Source: Alphaproteobacteria bacterium (GTDB lineage Bacteria; Pseudomonadota; Alphaproteobacteria; SP197). Taken from it: a stretch of 64,000 nucleotides of DNA. The notes beneath the pieces were generated by a model. The model searched no databases, was not told the DNA's origin, and saw nothing but the letters and a program-made list of their open reading frames with translations. Position numbers and translations under genes: made by a program. The number at the start of each line of letters is the position of its first letter. The stretch's first letter is position 1. The DNA is taken from contig OZ245842.1 of the NCBI GenBank assembly GCA_965228895.1, positions 1,056,001 to 1,120,000 of the forward strand. The letters run 5' to 3'. This document shows positions 28,874-39,877 of this stretch, one piece after another.

Positions 28874-30583
28874 ATGGCGGAAACCGACACTTCTGACGAG
28901 ACCTACCGCGTTCTGGCGCGCAAATACCGTCCGCGCGGCCTGGAAGGGCTGGTCGGCCAGGACGCTCTCGTGCGGACCCTGCGCAACGCCTTTGCCAGCG
29001 GCCGGATTGCCCAGGCTTACCTGCTGACCGGCGTACGCGGCGTCGGCAAAACGACGACCGCGCGCATCATTGCCCGCATGCTCAACTGCATCGGTCCCGA
29101 CGGTACCGGCGGGCCGACCGCCGAGCCGTGCGGGGTCTGTGACAACTGCGTCGCGATCACCGAAGACCGCCATGTCGATGTGATGGAAATGGACGCGGCG
29201 AGCCATACCGGCGTCGACAATATGCGCGAGCTCTTGGAGTCATCGCGCTACAGGCCCGTCTCCGCGCGCTACAAGGTCTACGTGATGGACGAGGTCCACA
29301 TGCTCTCCACCGGCGCCTTCAACGCGCTCCTGAAGACGCTGGAGGAACCGCCGGAGCATCTGAAGTTCGTCTTTGCCACCACGGAACTCAGGAAGATTCC
29401 GGCGACGATCCTGTCGCGTTGCCAGCGCTTCGATCTGCGCCGCATCGATGCCGGTGTTCTCGCCGAGTACTTCTCAAGCCTGGTCGAGCAGGAGGGCGGC
29501 AAGGTGACGCCCGAGGCGATGGCGCTGATCGCGCGCGCCGCCGACGGCTCGGCCCGCGACGGCTTGTCGATCCTGGATCAGGCGATGGCCCAGGGTGGCG
29601 AGGAAGTCACCGAAGATCAGGTGCGCGACATGCTCGGCCTGGCCGACCGTGGCCAGACGTTCGATCTCTACGAAGCCCTGATGGGCGGCGATATCGCCGG
29701 CGCGCTCGCGAACCTGGAGCATCAGTACGCCGCCGGTGTCGATCCCCAGATTGTCTTGCAGGACCTGCTGGACCTCACGCACTGGCTGACGCGTATCAAG
29801 GTGTCGCCAGAGTCGGCCGAGAGTGCGGCGGTCGCGCAGTTGGAGCGGGATCGCGGCGGCGGCCTCGCCAAGCGCCTTTCCATGCCCGTCCTGACACGCG
29901 CTTGGCAGATCCTGCTGAAAGGCATCGGCGAAGCGCGCCAGGCGCCCCAGCCCATGCAGGCGGTCGAAATGGTGCTGGTGCGCCTGGCCTATGCCGCCGA
30001 TCTGCCGAGCCCGGCCGATGCCATCAAGGCGCTCGTCGATGGCGCCGGACAAACAACCTCGACGACGGCGACGCGGACGGCACAGCCGACCTCGGCATCG
30101 CCCCGGCCGGCCCCGACGCAGACTGCCCCATCCCAGACGGCCAAGCAGCCGCAACCGGTGGCTCAGGCTGCGCCCGTCGCTCAGCCTGATGCCAAGGCGG
30201 AGATCAAGACGTTCGCCGATCTGATCGCGCTTGCCGAGGAACACCGCGAGGGCATTCTGTGCGCCCAATTGCGCAACAACGTGCACCTCGTGCGCCTGGA
30301 GCCGGGCACGCTTGAATTCAGGCCCGACGGTGATGCGGCGCGCGACCTTGCCCAACAGCTCGCGCGCCGTCTGGAAACCTGGACCGGCAGCCGCTGGATG
30401 GTCGCCGTCTCGTCGGAGAAAGGCGAGGCGACCGTGGCCGAACAGGAACGCCAGGCCGAAGAGGCGCGTCGCCTGGAGGCCGAAAAGGACCCGCTGGTCG
30501 CCGAGGCGCTGGAAACGTTCCCCGGCGCCCGCGTCGTCGGCGTTCATGATAGAAATGACCCCGTCACCAACGATCAGGATTGA
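28874..30583 (+). CDS. dnaX: DNA polymerase III subunit gamma/tau
   Basis: YRVLARKYRP, GVRGVGKTT, DEVHMLS, NALLKTLEEPP and SRCQRF. Confidence 0.97.
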   Translation: MAETDTSDETYRVLARKYRPRGLEGLVGQDALVRTLRNAFASGRIAQAYLLTGVRGVGKTTTARIIARMLNCIGPDGTGGPTAEPCGVCDNCVAITEDRHVDVMEMDAASHTGVDNMRELLESSRYRPVSARYKVYVMDEVHMLSTGAFNALLKTLEEPPEHLKFVFATTELRKIPATILSRCQRFDLRRIDAGVLAEYFSSLVEQEGGKVTPEAMALIARAADGSARDGLSILDQAMAQGGEEVTEDQVRDMLGLADRGQTFDLYEALMGGDIAGALANLEHQYAAGVDPQIVLQDLLDLTHWLTRIKVSPESAESAAVAQLERDRGGGLAKRLSMPVLTRAWQILLKGIGEARQAPQPMQAVEMVLVRLAYAADLPSPADAIKALVDGAGQTTSTTATRTAQPTSASPRPAPTQTAPSQTAKQPQPVAQAAPVAQPDAKAEIKTFADLIALAEEHREGILCAQLRNNVHLVRLEPGTLEFRPDGDAARDLAQQLARRLETWTGSRWMVAVSSEKGEATVAEQERQAEEARRLEAEKDPLVAEALETFPGARVVGVHDRNDPVTNDQD

Positions 30584-30586
30584 GCC

Positions 30587-30907
30587 ATGAACCTTGGCAA
30601 GATGATGAAGCAGGCCCAGGAGCTGCAAGGCAAGATGGCCGAGATGCAGGAACGCCTGGCCGAGTCGGAGGTCGAGGGCAGTGCCGGCGCCGGCATGGTG
30701 ACCGCGGTCATGAGTGGCAAGCATGAGCTGAGGCGCCTCAAAATCGATCCTTCCCTGGTCGATCCCAATGATGTCGAGGTTCTGGAGGACCTTGTCGTCG
30801 CAGCGGTCAACGATGCGCGCACGCGCGTCGAGGAGCACGTGAAGGAAGAGATGGGCAAACTCACCGGTGGCCTGAACCTGCCGCCCGGTATGAACCTGCC
30901 GTTCTAG
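30587..30907 (+). CDS. ybaB: YbaB/EbfC nucleoid-associated protein
   Basis: MMKQAQ, GAGMV and LEDLVVAAVNDA; dnaX-ybaB-recR synteny. Confidence 0.95.
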   Translation: MNLGKMMKQAQELQGKMAEMQERLAESEVEGSAGAGMVTAVMSGKHELRRLKIDPSLVDPNDVEVLEDLVVAAVNDARTRVEEHVKEEMGKLTGGLNLPPGMNLPF

Positions 30908-31501
30908 ATGGGTGGACCGGAAGTCGAACGCTTGGCAGCACTCCTGGCCAAGCTGCCTGGGCTTGGGCCGCGTTCTGCGCGCCGTGCGGTGCTGCATCTC
31001 CTGAAACAGCGCGATACCCTGCTGACGCCGCTGGCGCGCGCCCTGGAGGAGACCGCGGCCGCGGTCTCGACCTGCACGGTGTGCGGCAATCTCGACACCA
31101 CGGAACCCTGCGGCGTCTGCCGCGACCCCCAGCGCGACAAGAGCCAGATCTGCGTCGTCGAGGAGGTCGGCGACCTCTGGGCGCTGGAACGTGCCGGTGT
31201 CTTCGGCGGCCTCTATCACGTGCTCGGCGGCACATTGTCGGCGCTCGACGGCGTCGGTCCGGAGGACCTGCGCATCGCCGACCTGGTGACCCGGGCGAAC
31301 GACGGGACGGTGAAGGAAGTCATCCTGGCGACCAACGCCACGGTCGACGGCCAAACCACCGCCCACTACGTTACCGACCGTCTGGAAGGCGCCGGCGTCA
31401 AGGTCTCGCGCCTCGCCCTCGGCGTGCCGGTCGGCGGCGAACTCGACTATCTGGACGAGGGCACGCTGGGCGCCGCTTTGAAGGCGCGTCGGGAGCTTTA
31501 A
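30908..31501 (+). CDS. recR: Recombination mediator RecR
   Basis: [12 protein letters not shown]4 zinc finger, YHVLGG, EVILATN and [12 protein letters not shown]. Confidence 0.97.
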   Translation: MGGPEVERLAALLAKLPGLGPRSARRAVLHLLKQRDTLLTPLARALEETAAAVSTCTVCGNLDTTEPCGVCRDPQRDKSQICVVEEVGDLWALERAGVFGGLYHVLGGTLSALDGVGPEDLRIADLVTRANDGTVKEVILATNATVDGQTTAHYVTDRLEGAGVKVSRLALGVPVGGELDYLDEGTLGAALKARREL

Positions 31502-32376
31502 GCCGCACTCACGCGACCGTTCGTCTGTCTTACCTCGTCCTTGATCGCGTCCGCCATCGCCGAGACGGCCTTTGATGCCGCATCGGCGTGCTTGCGCAGG
31601 GTGACGTTCGAGTTGATGGGTTTGGGAAAACCGTCGGCGGGTAGTAGGGGGCGGCAGTCGGCGGGCAGCATGCTGTCGGTCAGTGCGCCGATTGCCAGGC
31701 CCGCGCTGACGGCGGCCTTCAGGTTGAAGTTGTTGTCGCTGGTATAGGCGGTCCGGTAGGGGCGTTTCATGCGCCTTAAGCTGTCGAGCGCCCAATCGCG
31801 CCACCAGCAGCCGGGATCGAACACGGCGACGGGCAGGACGTCCAGCTTGTGGGCCTTGTGGTGTTTCGACGTCGCCCAGAATGTCCGGTCGCGCATCAGG
31901 ATCGTGCCGCCCTTTTGGCCGGGCCTGTCGAGCACGACGGCAAGGTCCAGTTCGTCCCCCTCCAGGGCGTCATAGAGAATGCCTGAGTGGGCGCATTTAA
32001 CGGTGACCTCGACCTGCGGGTTGCTTTCGGCGAACCGGCCGAGGATGCGCGGCAGGAAGGTTGCGCCGTACTCCGCCAGAATACCGATGCGGACCGTCCC
32101 ATCGATCGGCTGCCGATCGAAGTTGGCCCTGACACGCTCCAGATGAGCGAGGATCGGCCGGGCGTCTTCCAGGAGTTTCTCGCCGGCTTCGGACGGGCGT
32201 ACCGCGCCGTCACCGCGCAGCAGAAGCGGTGTTCCCGCGATCTCCTCCAGCCGCTTCATCTGCATGCTGACGGCCGATTGCGTGCGGCCGATCTGGCGGG
32301 CTGCAAGCGTGAAGCTGCCGGTATCGATGATCGCGACGAAGGTTCGCAACAGATCGCTTTCGAACTGACCAGGCAT
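31498..32376 (-). CDS. LysR family transcriptional regulator
   Basis: [34 protein letters not shown]. Confidence 0.93.
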   Translation of the reverse strand: MPGQFESDLLRTFVAIIDTGSFTLAARQIGRTQSAVSMQMKRLEEIAGTPLLLRGDGAVRPSEAGEKLLEDARPILAHLERVRANFDRQPIDGTVRIGILAEYGATFLPRILGRFAESNPQVEVTVKCAHSGILYDALEGDELDLAVVLDRPGQKGGTILMRDRTFWATSKHHKAHKLDVLPVAVFDPGCWWRDWALDSLRRMKRPYRTAYTSDNNFNLKAAVSAGLAIGALTDSMLPADCRPLLPADGFPKPINSNVTLRKHADAASKAVSAMADAIKDEVRQTNGRVSAA

Positions 32377-32386
32377 CCTGCCGACC

Positions 32387-32403
32387 CATCAAGGCAGTTG
32401 ATG
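32387..32403. promoter_or_regulatory. Candidate LysR recognition site (T-N11-A dyad)
   Basis: CATCAA-GGCAG-TTGATG perfect inverted repeat, 11 nt upstream of the LysR ATG in the divergent gap. Confidence 0.65.
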
Positions 32404-32493
32404 ACATGATCAAAGCTATTCGTTTGGCTGATGTCCTGCAACTGGCGACAATGCCGCCACGGAAGACATCGCGGAGCGTTAGAAGGGCGAACC

Positions 32494-33255
32494 ATGGTGG
32501 CGGATCTGCTTTCGGCAACGGGCCTTGATGCCGGCACGTTGACCTTCTGTGTCCTCGCGGTTCTCGCCGGTGCCTACCTGAAAGGCTACACCGGTTTCGG
32601 CGCCTCGATGCTGTGGGTCACGAGCCTGTCGTTGGCGCTGCCGCCGCTCAGCGTCGTGCCGATGGTGCTGATGTTCGAAGTCGTGACCAGCGTGGTTCTG
32701 CTGCCGCAGATCTGGAAGGACATCCGGTGGAAGTCGATCCTGACGCTTCTGATCGGTGTCTGGATCGCGACGCCGCTGGGCATCTACGGGTTATCGCACC
32801 TGCCGGCCGATCCCATCAGGATCGGCCTGGCGATCGTCGTGTTCGCCGCCGCCATACTGATCCTGCGTGGCTTCGCCTTGAAGCAGGAGCCCGGCCGCGC
32901 CGCGACGCTCGGCGTCGGCGCTATGGCCGGCGTGCTGAACGGCAGCATGGGGATCGTCGGCCCGCCGGTGATCCTGTTCTATTTTTCCTCACCCATCGGT
33001 GTCGTCGCCGGGCGCGCATCCATCGTCGCATTCTTCATCGGGACGGACGCGGTCGGCGCAGCTATGTTCGCCAGCCAGGGATTGGTGGGCAGCGAGGTTC
33101 TGTGGCGCACGGTGATCTTTCTGCCGGTGCTCGTCATCGGCGTGCTGGTCGGCCATCGGGGTTTCGTCAAGACCGATGTCGAGACCTTCAAGCGGGTCGC
33201 GCTGTTCGTCCTGATGGCGCTGTCGGGGGCGCTCGTGGTGCGCGCCCTGATCTAG
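32494..33255 (+). CDS. TauE/SafE (TSUP) family transporter
   Basis: KGYTGFG, GSMGIVGPPV and about 8 TM segments; divergent from the LysR gene. Confidence 0.9.
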   Translation: MVADLLSATGLDAGTLTFCVLAVLAGAYLKGYTGFGASMLWVTSLSLALPPLSVVPMVLMFEVVTSVVLLPQIWKDIRWKSILTLLIGVWIATPLGIYGLSHLPADPIRIGLAIVVFAAAILILRGFALKQEPGRAATLGVGAMAGVLNGSMGIVGPPVILFYFSSPIGVVAGRASIVAFFIGTDAVGAAMFASQGLVGSEVLWRTVIFLPVLVIGVLVGHRGFVKTDVETFKRVALFVLMALSGALVVRALI

Positions 33256-33312
33256 GGCGTTCCCGCCTTAGTCGACATCACCAGCCCGCGTGAGCGGGGA
33301 ACAATCTAGCCC

Positions 33313-33771
33313 TTAGGCCGCTTCGCCAGGCTCCGCTGGTTTGACGATGAGCGACGTGCCTTCGACCGCCGTCACCTCGACCTGGGTGCCGGCCGGTGTA
33401 TCCGGCCCTCTGATTTTCCACGTCGTATCCGCGACGGTCAGCTTGCCGACGCCGTTGACGATGGCTGTCTCAAGCGTGAAGACACGGCCGACATACTGGG
33501 TGCCCCGGCGGTTGAGCGCGGGCTGATCGGTCGGTTGGTTGATGTTCGGTTTGAAGTGACGCCAGGCAAAGACCGAGGCGATCGACAACAAGACCCAGAT
33601 GAGAACCTGGATCTCCCAGCTCAGGCCGGGTGCCAGCACCGCGATAAGGCCGGTGACGCCGGCCGCGGCCGCCATCCACAGAAAGAAGTAGGTGCCGGCG
33701 ACCGTCAGCTCGAGAATGATCAGGACGGCGGCGATGACCCACCAGTGCCAGAAGAATAGCGCCTGAAACAT
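33313..33771 (-). CDS. NfeD family protein (YbbJ-like)
   Basis: WHWW..LIILEL, LNRRG.QYVG and OB-fold DTTW..GT.V.V..V.G; downstream of the SPFH genes. Confidence 0.92.
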   Translation of the reverse strand: MFQALFFWHWWVIAAVLIILELTVAGTYFFLWMAAAAGVTGLIAVLAPGLSWEIQVLIWVLLSIASVFAWRHFKPNINQPTDQPALNRRGTQYVGRVFTLETAIVNGVGKLTVADTTWKIRGPDTPAGTQVEVTAVEGTSLIVKPAEPGEAA

Positions 33772-33782
33772 CGCTTAGGTCC

Positions 33783-34844
33783 TCATTCCCGTGGTCCCCA
33801 GGGGTCGCGCGTTGCGGTCGGGCGCGACGACGACGGCACGCTTGAGGTCGGCTCGCGTACCGGTGTCGTGCCGGGCCGTGGTACCTTCCGTTCGGTGACC
33901 GTCGGGCTTGTGTTGCCGCCGGCGCCTCCGGATCCGCCAAACGCCTCGCGGGCGATTTCCGCGAGCCCGCCGACGGCGCCGATGACATCCGCCGATTCGA
34001 CCGGCAGGAACAGGATCTTCTGGTTCGGCGCGTCGGCGAACTGGCCGAGCGCGTCGACATAACGCTGAGCGATGAAGTAGTTCACCGACTGGGTGTTACC
34101 GGCCTCGATGGCGGCGGAAACGTCATGGGTCGCCTTGGCTTCGGCCTTGGCCTGGCGTTCGCGCGCTTCGGCGTCGCGGAACGCGGATTCGCGCCGGCCC
34201 TCTGCCTCCAGGATAGCGGCCTGCTTTTCGCCTTCGGCACGCAGGATCTCCGACTGGCGGTCGCCTTCCGCGTCCAGGATAGTCGCGCGCTTGTCGCGTT
34301 CGGCCTTCATCTGGCGCGCCATCGAGTCGACGAGGTCGCGCGGCGGATCGATGTTCTTGATCTCGATGCGGGTCACCTTGACGCCCCAAGTCGACGTCGC
34401 CTCGTCGACCACACCCAAAATGGCGCTGTTGATGCGATCGCGCTGGGAGAGCAGTTCGTCGAGGACCATCGACCCCATGACCGTACGAATATTGGTCATG
34501 GTGAGGTTCAAGATCGCATGCTCCAGCCGGTTGACCTCATAGGCGGCTTTGGCCGCTTCGAGCACCTGAAAGAACACCACGCCGTCGACCGCGACCATGG
34601 CGTTGTCTTTGGTGATGATCTGCTGCTCGGGCACTTCCAGCACCGTCTCCATCATGTTCATGCGCGAACCGATCCGTTCGACGAACGGTGTGATGATGTG
34701 GAGGCCCGGGCGCAGCGTCTTGGTGTAGCGGCCGAAATACTCGACCGTGTATTCGCTGCCCTGGGGCACGGTCTTGACCGCCATGACGACCAGAATGATG
34801 ACCAGGATAACGAGGACGAGGGCAAAGATGGCAATGCCTTCCAT
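33783..34844 (-). CDS. SPFH/Band-7 protein (QmcA/paraslipin-like), copy with long C-terminal tail
   Basis: ITKDNA, LDELLSQRD.IN, WGVKVTRIEIK and MARQMKAERDKRA. Confidence 0.94.
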   Translation of the reverse strand: MEGIAIFALVLVILVIILVVMAVKTVPQGSEYTVEYFGRYTKTLRPGLHIITPFVERIGSRMNMMETVLEVPEQQIITKDNAMVAVDGVVFFQVLEAAKAAYEVNRLEHAILNLTMTNIRTVMGSMVLDELLSQRDRINSAILGVVDEATSTWGVKVTRIEIKNIDPPRDLVDSMARQMKAERDKRATILDAEGDRQSEILRAEGEKQAAILEAEGRRESAFRDAEARERQAKAEAKATHDVSAAIEAGNTQSVNYFIAQRYVDALGQFADAPNQKILFLPVESADVIGAVGGLAEIAREAFGGSGGAGGNTSPTVTERKVPRPGTTPVREPTSSVPSSSRPTATRDPWGPRE

Positions 34845-34847
34845 GGC

Positions 34848-35777
34848 TCAGCCCTCCCTCGGGTCGTGATCGGCGGCCGCCTCGGCGAGCCGGGCGATGC
34901 CGTCAATCGATTCGATGACGTTGGAGGCCTCCATGGGCAGGAACAGGACCTTCTCGCTGGGCGAATGGGCGAAGCGGGCGACCGCGTCGACATACTTCTG
35001 GGCGACGAAGTAGTTGACGGCCTGCAGGTTGCCTTCGGCGATAGCCTGGGACACATCGTGGGTCGCCTGGGCTTCTGCCTCGCCCAGACGTTCGCGCGCT
35101 TCGGCGTCGCGGTATGCGGCTTCGCGCCGGCCTTCGGCTTCCAGGATCGCCGCCTGCTTCTCGCCTTCCGAACGCAGGATCTGGGCTTGGCGCACGCCCT
35201 CGGCGTCCAGGATGGTGGCGCGTTTATCGCGTTCGGCTTTCATCTGGCGCGCCATCGAGGCGACCAGATCGGTCGGCGGCTGGATCTTCTTGATCTCGAT
35301 GCGCGTCACCTTGACGCCCCAAGTCGACGTCGCCTCGTCAACAACAATCAGCAGCTTGGCGTTGATCCGATCGCGGTGGGAGAGCAGCTCATCCAGATCC
35401 ATCGAACCCATGACCGTTCGGATGTTGGTCATGGTGAGGTTCAGGATCGCCATCTCAAGATTGGTCACCTCATAGGCCGCTTTCGCCGCCTCCAGGACCT
35501 GAAAGAAGATGACACCGTCGACCGCGACCATGGCGTTGTCGCGTGTGATGATCTCCTGCTCGGGAACGTCGAGCACGGTTTCCATCATGTTGACCTTCTG
35601 ACCGATGCGATCCATCACCGGAACGATGATGGAAAGCCCGGGCCGCAGCGTGCGCGTGTAACGGCCGAACCGGGTCAGCGTGTATTCGAAACCCTGACGC
35701 ACGGTGACCACCGACATGGCCACCAAGATCAACATCAGGACAACCAGGACCACAATGAAGATGGCCAAGCCGCTCAT
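34848..35777 (-). CDS. SPFH/Band-7 protein (QmcA-like), tandem paralogue
   Basis: Same motifs; colinear with 33783-34844. Confidence 0.94.
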   Translation of the reverse strand: MSGLAIFIVVLVVLMLILVAMSVVTVRQGFEYTLTRFGRYTRTLRPGLSIIVPVMDRIGQKVNMMETVLDVPEQEIITRDNAMVAVDGVIFFQVLEAAKAAYEVTNLEMAILNLTMTNIRTVMGSMDLDELLSHRDRINAKLLIVVDEATSTWGVKVTRIEIKKIQPPTDLVASMARQMKAERDKRATILDAEGVRQAQILRSEGEKQAAILEAEGRREAAYRDAEARERLGEAEAQATHDVSQAIAEGNLQAVNYFVAQKYVDAVARFAHSPSEKVLFLPMEASNVIESIDGIARLAEAAADHDPREG

Positions 35778-35813
35778 TTACGCCCCCTAGGCGGATAATC
35801 CCCCGCGATCCCC

Positions 35814-36974
35814 TTACTCGCGGTCATAGTTTCCCACGAGCCGGGGGCCGACGACAATGTTGTCCTCATCGTCGGATTCCAGCTCCAATTCCGCGATACG
35901 GCCGACCTTGGTGGTGATCTTGTCGGTCGATGTGCGGACCTCGCGCACGGTGTTGTAGGCGGTTTCGAAGTTGCGTTGCAGCTTGTCCACACGATCGCCC
36001 AGGCGGTTGACGTCCTGCAGCATCTTCATCAACTCCTGCTGGATCAGGCCCGCCTGTTCGCGCATGCGCGCATCCTTCAGCACCGAGCGGATGGTGTTGA
36101 GCAGCGCCATCAGCGTTGTCGGCGACGCCAAGAAGACGCGCAGGCGGAAGGATTCGGTGACGACATCGCCGAAGCTCGCGTGGATCTCCGCATAGACGGC
36201 TTCGCTGGGGATAAACATGATCGCCTGATCGGCGGTCTCGCCGACCACGATGTAACGTGCGGCGATGTCCTTGACGTGCTTCAGGACATCCTGACGGAAC
36301 TGGCGTGCCGCACGCTCGCGGTCTTCGCGGTTCTCCGCGGCCCTGAGGCGCTGGTAGCCGTCCAGCGGGAACTTGGAATCGACGCCGATCGAACCCGGCG
36401 GGTTGGGCAGCATGAGCAGACAATCGACTTGACGGCCGTTGCCCAGCGGCGCCTGAAACGCGTAGTCGTCGGGCGCCATAATGTCGCTGACGATATCGTT
36501 GAGCTGAATTTCGCCGTAGGCGCCGCGGCTTTGTTTGTTGGAGAGGATCTGGTTCAGCGTCGCCATGTCGTTGCCCAGATGCTCCATGCGTTTCTGGGCC
36601 TCGTCGATGACCGCCAGGCGCTTCTCCACCTTGCCCATGGTCTCGAGCGTCTGCTTGGTCGATTCCTGGAGCGAGTTGCCCATGCGTTGCTGGATCGAAT
36701 CGAGCCGGTTGTTCAGCTCCTTGGTCAGCCGTAACTCCTGTTGGTGCAGGCGCTCACCGAGCGCCGTCTGCGCCGCCGTATTGGCCTCCGAGAGCTGGGC
36801 CAGACGCTCGGTCAGTCCGGCTTGCCCGGCGGAAACCGTGGCGATGGTTTCGGCCAGGTCCCGGGCGGTCGCGCCGTCATCGGAACGGCCGCGTGTGGCC
36901 ATAATGACCACCCACGGGATAGCGGCGCCGACCGCGATCGCGGCGGCGATAATGACGAGGGTGAGTGTATCCAT
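35814..36974 (-). CDS. rmuC: DNA recombination protein RmuC
   Basis: N-terminal TM and coiled coil, then RGAYGEIQL, DSKFP, MFIPSEAVY and SPTTLMALL. Confidence 0.94.
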   Translation of the reverse strand: MDTLTLVIIAAAIAVGAAIPWVVIMATRGRSDDGATARDLAETIATVSAGQAGLTERLAQLSEANTAAQTALGERLHQQELRLTKELNNRLDSIQQRMGNSLQESTKQTLETMGKVEKRLAVIDEAQKRMEHLGNDMATLNQILSNKQSRGAYGEIQLNDIVSDIMAPDDYAFQAPLGNGRQVDCLLMLPNPPGSIGVDSKFPLDGYQRLRAAENREDRERAARQFRQDVLKHVKDIAARYIVVGETADQAIMFIPSEAVYAEIHASFGDVVTESFRLRVFLASPTTLMALLNTIRSVLKDARMREQAGLIQQELMKMLQDVNRLGDRVDKLQRNFETAYNTVREVRTSTDKITTKVGRIAELELESDDEDNIVVGPRLVGNYDRE

Positions 36975-37107
36975 GAACCTCCTGCGCGCCGGTGGCTTGA
37001 ACCAGGGCCGTGCTTGGCCTACCTAGACACCGGTGGCCGGCAGTATAGTCCGCCGACCGCGAAGGTGCGATAAATCAACACGATACATCAACAGGTTGAC
37101 GCGTTTC

Positions 37108-37632
37108 ATGGCCCTCTTGCCCATCATCGTAGCGCCGGATCCCCGGCTCAAGGTTATCTCCAGTTCCGTCGAGACCGTCGACGACGGCATACGCACACTG
37201 ATGGAGGACATGCTGGAGACCATGTACGACGAACCGGGTATCGGGCTCTCGGCGATCCAAGTCGGCGTGCCCAAGCGTATCGTCGTGGTCGATGTGGCCA
37301 AACAGGACGAGCCGCCGGCGCCGCTGCGCCTGGTCAATCCCGAGATCATCTGGCACTCCGACGAGCGCGCGGTCTATGAGGAGGGCTGTCTCTCCTTGCC
37401 CGACCATTACGCCGAGGTGACCCGGCCGGCTTCGATCAAGCTGCGCTATCTCGACGAGACCGGTGCGGAGCAGGAGATTGACGCCGACGAGATTTTGTCA
37501 CGTTGCATCCAGCACGAGATCGACCATCTGGACGGCATCCTGTTTGTCGACCACCTGACGGCGGTCAAACGAAGCATCATCTTGCGCAAGCTGACCAAGC
37601 TGAAGAAATCTAAGCTCAGGGAGTCGGCCTGA
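37108..37632 (+). CDS. def: Peptide deformylase
   Basis: GIGLSAIQ, EGCLS and QHEIDHLDG. Confidence 0.97.
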   Translation: MALLPIIVAPDPRLKVISSSVETVDDGIRTLMEDMLETMYDEPGIGLSAIQVGVPKRIVVVDVAKQDEPPAPLRLVNPEIIWHSDERAVYEEGCLSLPDHYAEVTRPASIKLRYLDETGAEQEIDADEILSRCIQHEIDHLDGILFVDHLTAVKRSIILRKLTKLKKSKLRESA

Positions 37633-37648
37633 CGGCCGAACCGCAATT

Positions 37649-38572
37649 ATGTCTGGCCTGAAGCTGGCGTTTCTCGGTACCGCGGATTTTGCGGTGCCGG
37701 CGTTGAAGGCGCTGGCCGAGACGGATCATGAGATCGTCACCGTTCTTACCCAGCCGCCCAGACCCGCTGGGCGCGGGCGCAAGGAACGGCCGACACCAGT
37801 CCATACGTGTGCCGAGGAACTGGGTCTGACGGTGTCCACGCCAACCAGCCTGCGCGATGCGGGCGAGCAGGCCACGTTCGCCGCACTTGGTATGGATGCC
37901 GCCATCGTCGTGGCCTATGGCCTTATTCTGCCGGCGCCGATCCTCGAGGCGCCGCGTCTGGGGTGCCTGAACATCCATCCGTCGCTGCTGCCGCGCTGGC
38001 GCGGCGCTGCGCCGGTCGCGCGCGCCATCTTGGCCGGCGATCAGGAGACCGGCGTCAGCATCATCCAGATGGACGAGGGCCTCGATACCGGCCCCATCCT
38101 GACCCAGCAGCGTGTCGCCATGCCGCCCCGCGCGACGACGGGTGGGTTCGAGGCCGACTTGGCGGCACTGGGTGCCCAAATGCTGATCGAGACCTTGGAC
38201 GGTCTCGCAGCAGGCAGTATCGGCGCGGTGCCGCAGGGCGAGGACGGCGCGACCTATGCCCACAAGTTCGCCAAACAGGACGGGCATATCGACTGGGCCC
38301 GGCCGGCCGAGGAGATCGATCGCCAAGTGCGTGCCTTTTCGCCCTGGCCCAGCGCTTGGTTCGACCTGGACGACGGCACGGTGCGGGTACACGCAGCAGA
38401 CCCCGTCGACCGGTCGGGCGAACCGGGCACGCTTCTGGAGAACGGTTTTACCGTCGCCTGCGGCGAGGGCGCGCTGTCGCTGACGAGGGTGCAGCGCGCC
38501 GGCAAGGCCGCGATGGACGGTGCGGATTTCCTGCGCGGCGCCAGGCTGGCGCCGGGAACGGTCCTCGGCTGA
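37649..38572 (+). CDS. fmt: Methionyl-tRNA formyltransferase
   Basis: [28 protein letters not shown] and MDEGLDTG. Confidence 0.97.
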   Translation: MSGLKLAFLGTADFAVPALKALAETDHEIVTVLTQPPRPAGRGRKERPTPVHTCAEELGLTVSTPTSLRDAGEQATFAALGMDAAIVVAYGLILPAPILEAPRLGCLNIHPSLLPRWRGAAPVARAILAGDQETGVSIIQMDEGLDTGPILTQQRVAMPPRATTGGFEADLAALGAQMLIETLDGLAAGSIGAVPQGEDGATYAHKFAKQDGHIDWARPAEEIDRQVRAFSPWPSAWFDLDDGTVRVHAADPVDRSGEPGTLLENGFTVACGEGALSLTRVQRAGKAAMDGADFLRGARLAPGTVLG

Positions 38573-38576
38573 ACCG

Positions 38577-39332
38577 ATGCCGCGTTACAAACTGACCCTT
38601 GAATATGACGGCACCGGTTATGTCGGCTGGCAGCGCCAAACGAACGGCCCGTCCATTCAGGCCGCGCTGGAGGACGCCGTGGCGGCGTTTTGCGGCGATG
38701 ACGTCAGGACGACCGCCGCGGGCCGCACCGATGCCGGCGTTCACGCGCTCGGCCAGGTCGCCCATGTCGATTTGACCAAGGACTGGCCGGCGGAGACAGT
38801 GCAGGGCGCGCTGAACCAGCATCTGAGACCCCAGCCAATCGCCGTGCTGGCGGCCGAACAAGTGAGCACCGATTTCAATGCGCGGTTTTCCGCGGTCGAG
38901 CGGCGTTATCTCTACCGCATCATCTGCCGCCGCGCGCCGCTGGCGTTGGATCGTGGCCACGCCTGGCCAATCGGCCGGGACTTGGACGCTGAGGCCATGC
39001 ACGAGGCAGCGCAGGTCTTGGTCGGGCGTCACGACTTCTCGACCTTTCGCGACGCTCAGTGCCAGGCGGCATCACCGGTCAAGACGTTGGATGCGATTGC
39101 GGTCACGCGCGATGGTGAACGCATCGAGATACGCACACGCGCGCGCTCGTTCCTGCACCGTCAGGTGCGCAGCATGGTTGGATCGCTCAGTCATGTCGGC
39201 GAGGGCAAGTGGGGCCGCGACGATCTGCAAGACGCGCTGGAGGCATGCGAGCGAAGCGCCTGCGGCGTGATCGCGCCGGCCGGTGGCCTTTACCTTGCGG
39301 CGGTCGGCTATGCCGCGCTGAACAGCAGGTAG
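38577..39332 (+). CDS. truA: tRNA pseudouridine(38-40) synthase
   Basis: [26 protein letters not shown] and [11 protein letters not shown]. Confidence 0.97.
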   Translation: MPRYKLTLEYDGTGYVGWQRQTNGPSIQAALEDAVAAFCGDDVRTTAAGRTDAGVHALGQVAHVDLTKDWPAETVQGALNQHLRPQPIAVLAAEQVSTDFNARFSAVERRYLYRIICRRAPLALDRGHAWPIGRDLDAEAMHEAAQVLVGRHDFSTFRDAQCQAASPVKTLDAIAVTRDGERIEIRTRARSFLHRQVRSMVGSLSHVGEGKWGRDDLQDALEACERSACGVIAPAGGLYLAAVGYAALNSR

Positions 39333-39877
39333 GCGATAAAGATGTCGATGACGGTGCCGATAATGACCAGGGCGGCAGCAAGCGACACCGTCGTCTCCAG
39401 CGCGACACGCGCGACCAGCCAGCCGTACCAGAGTGTCACCAGAAACAGGATGAATTCGATGAAGCCGCTGATCTGTTCGCCGACAATGCCGATGCGGACC
39501 AGAACTTCGAAGACCAGGTAGACCAGCGCGACCAGTCCGCCGGCCCAGTTGCGCGCGACGATATAGGGGACATAGGTGCTGCTGTAGCCCATGGGCCGCA
39601 CGATGAGTGCCGCGACAACCGGAAAGACAACCCAGCTGGCCACATAGGCAAGGCCGCCAACGACGACGACCACGAGCAGATTGGGCGGCGCCTCCAACGT
39701 GGCGACGTGATAACCGAAACCCAGGATGAAGGTGGGCAGGGCGATGACGGCGGCGAAGAACGAGCGCCAGAAACCGTCCATGCTGGTGTCGAACCAGCCC
39801 ATGGCGTCGGCATCCATGCGGAACAGGCGCCAGGCACCGAAGAGCGACGAGGAAATCTCGGCGCGATCGGGGATCAC
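39308..39877 (-). CDS. Hypothetical membrane protein
   Basis: About 5 TM segments, GFWRSFFAA and Y.VARNW; GTGA overlap with dapE. Confidence 0.8.
   Translation of the reverse strand: MIPDRAEISSSLFGAWRLFRMDADAMGWFDTSMDGFWRSFFAAVIALPTFILGFGYHVATLEAPPNLLVVVVVGGLAYVASWVVFPVVAALIVRPMGYSSTYVPYIVARNWAGGLVALVYLVFEVLVRIGIVGEQISGFIEFILFLVTLWYGWLVARVALETTVSLAAALVIIGTVIDIFIAYLLFSAA

Noticed and set aside
28874-30583. Programmed frameshift in dnaX
   Set aside because: No AAAAAAG or long homopolymer slippery site seen. The Q/P/A/T-rich linker is normal for tau.
29474-31804. 776-aa - strand ORF, plus similar long ORFs at 26063-27655, 34125-35798 and 48464-49750
   Set aside because: Antisense shadows of well-identified genes.
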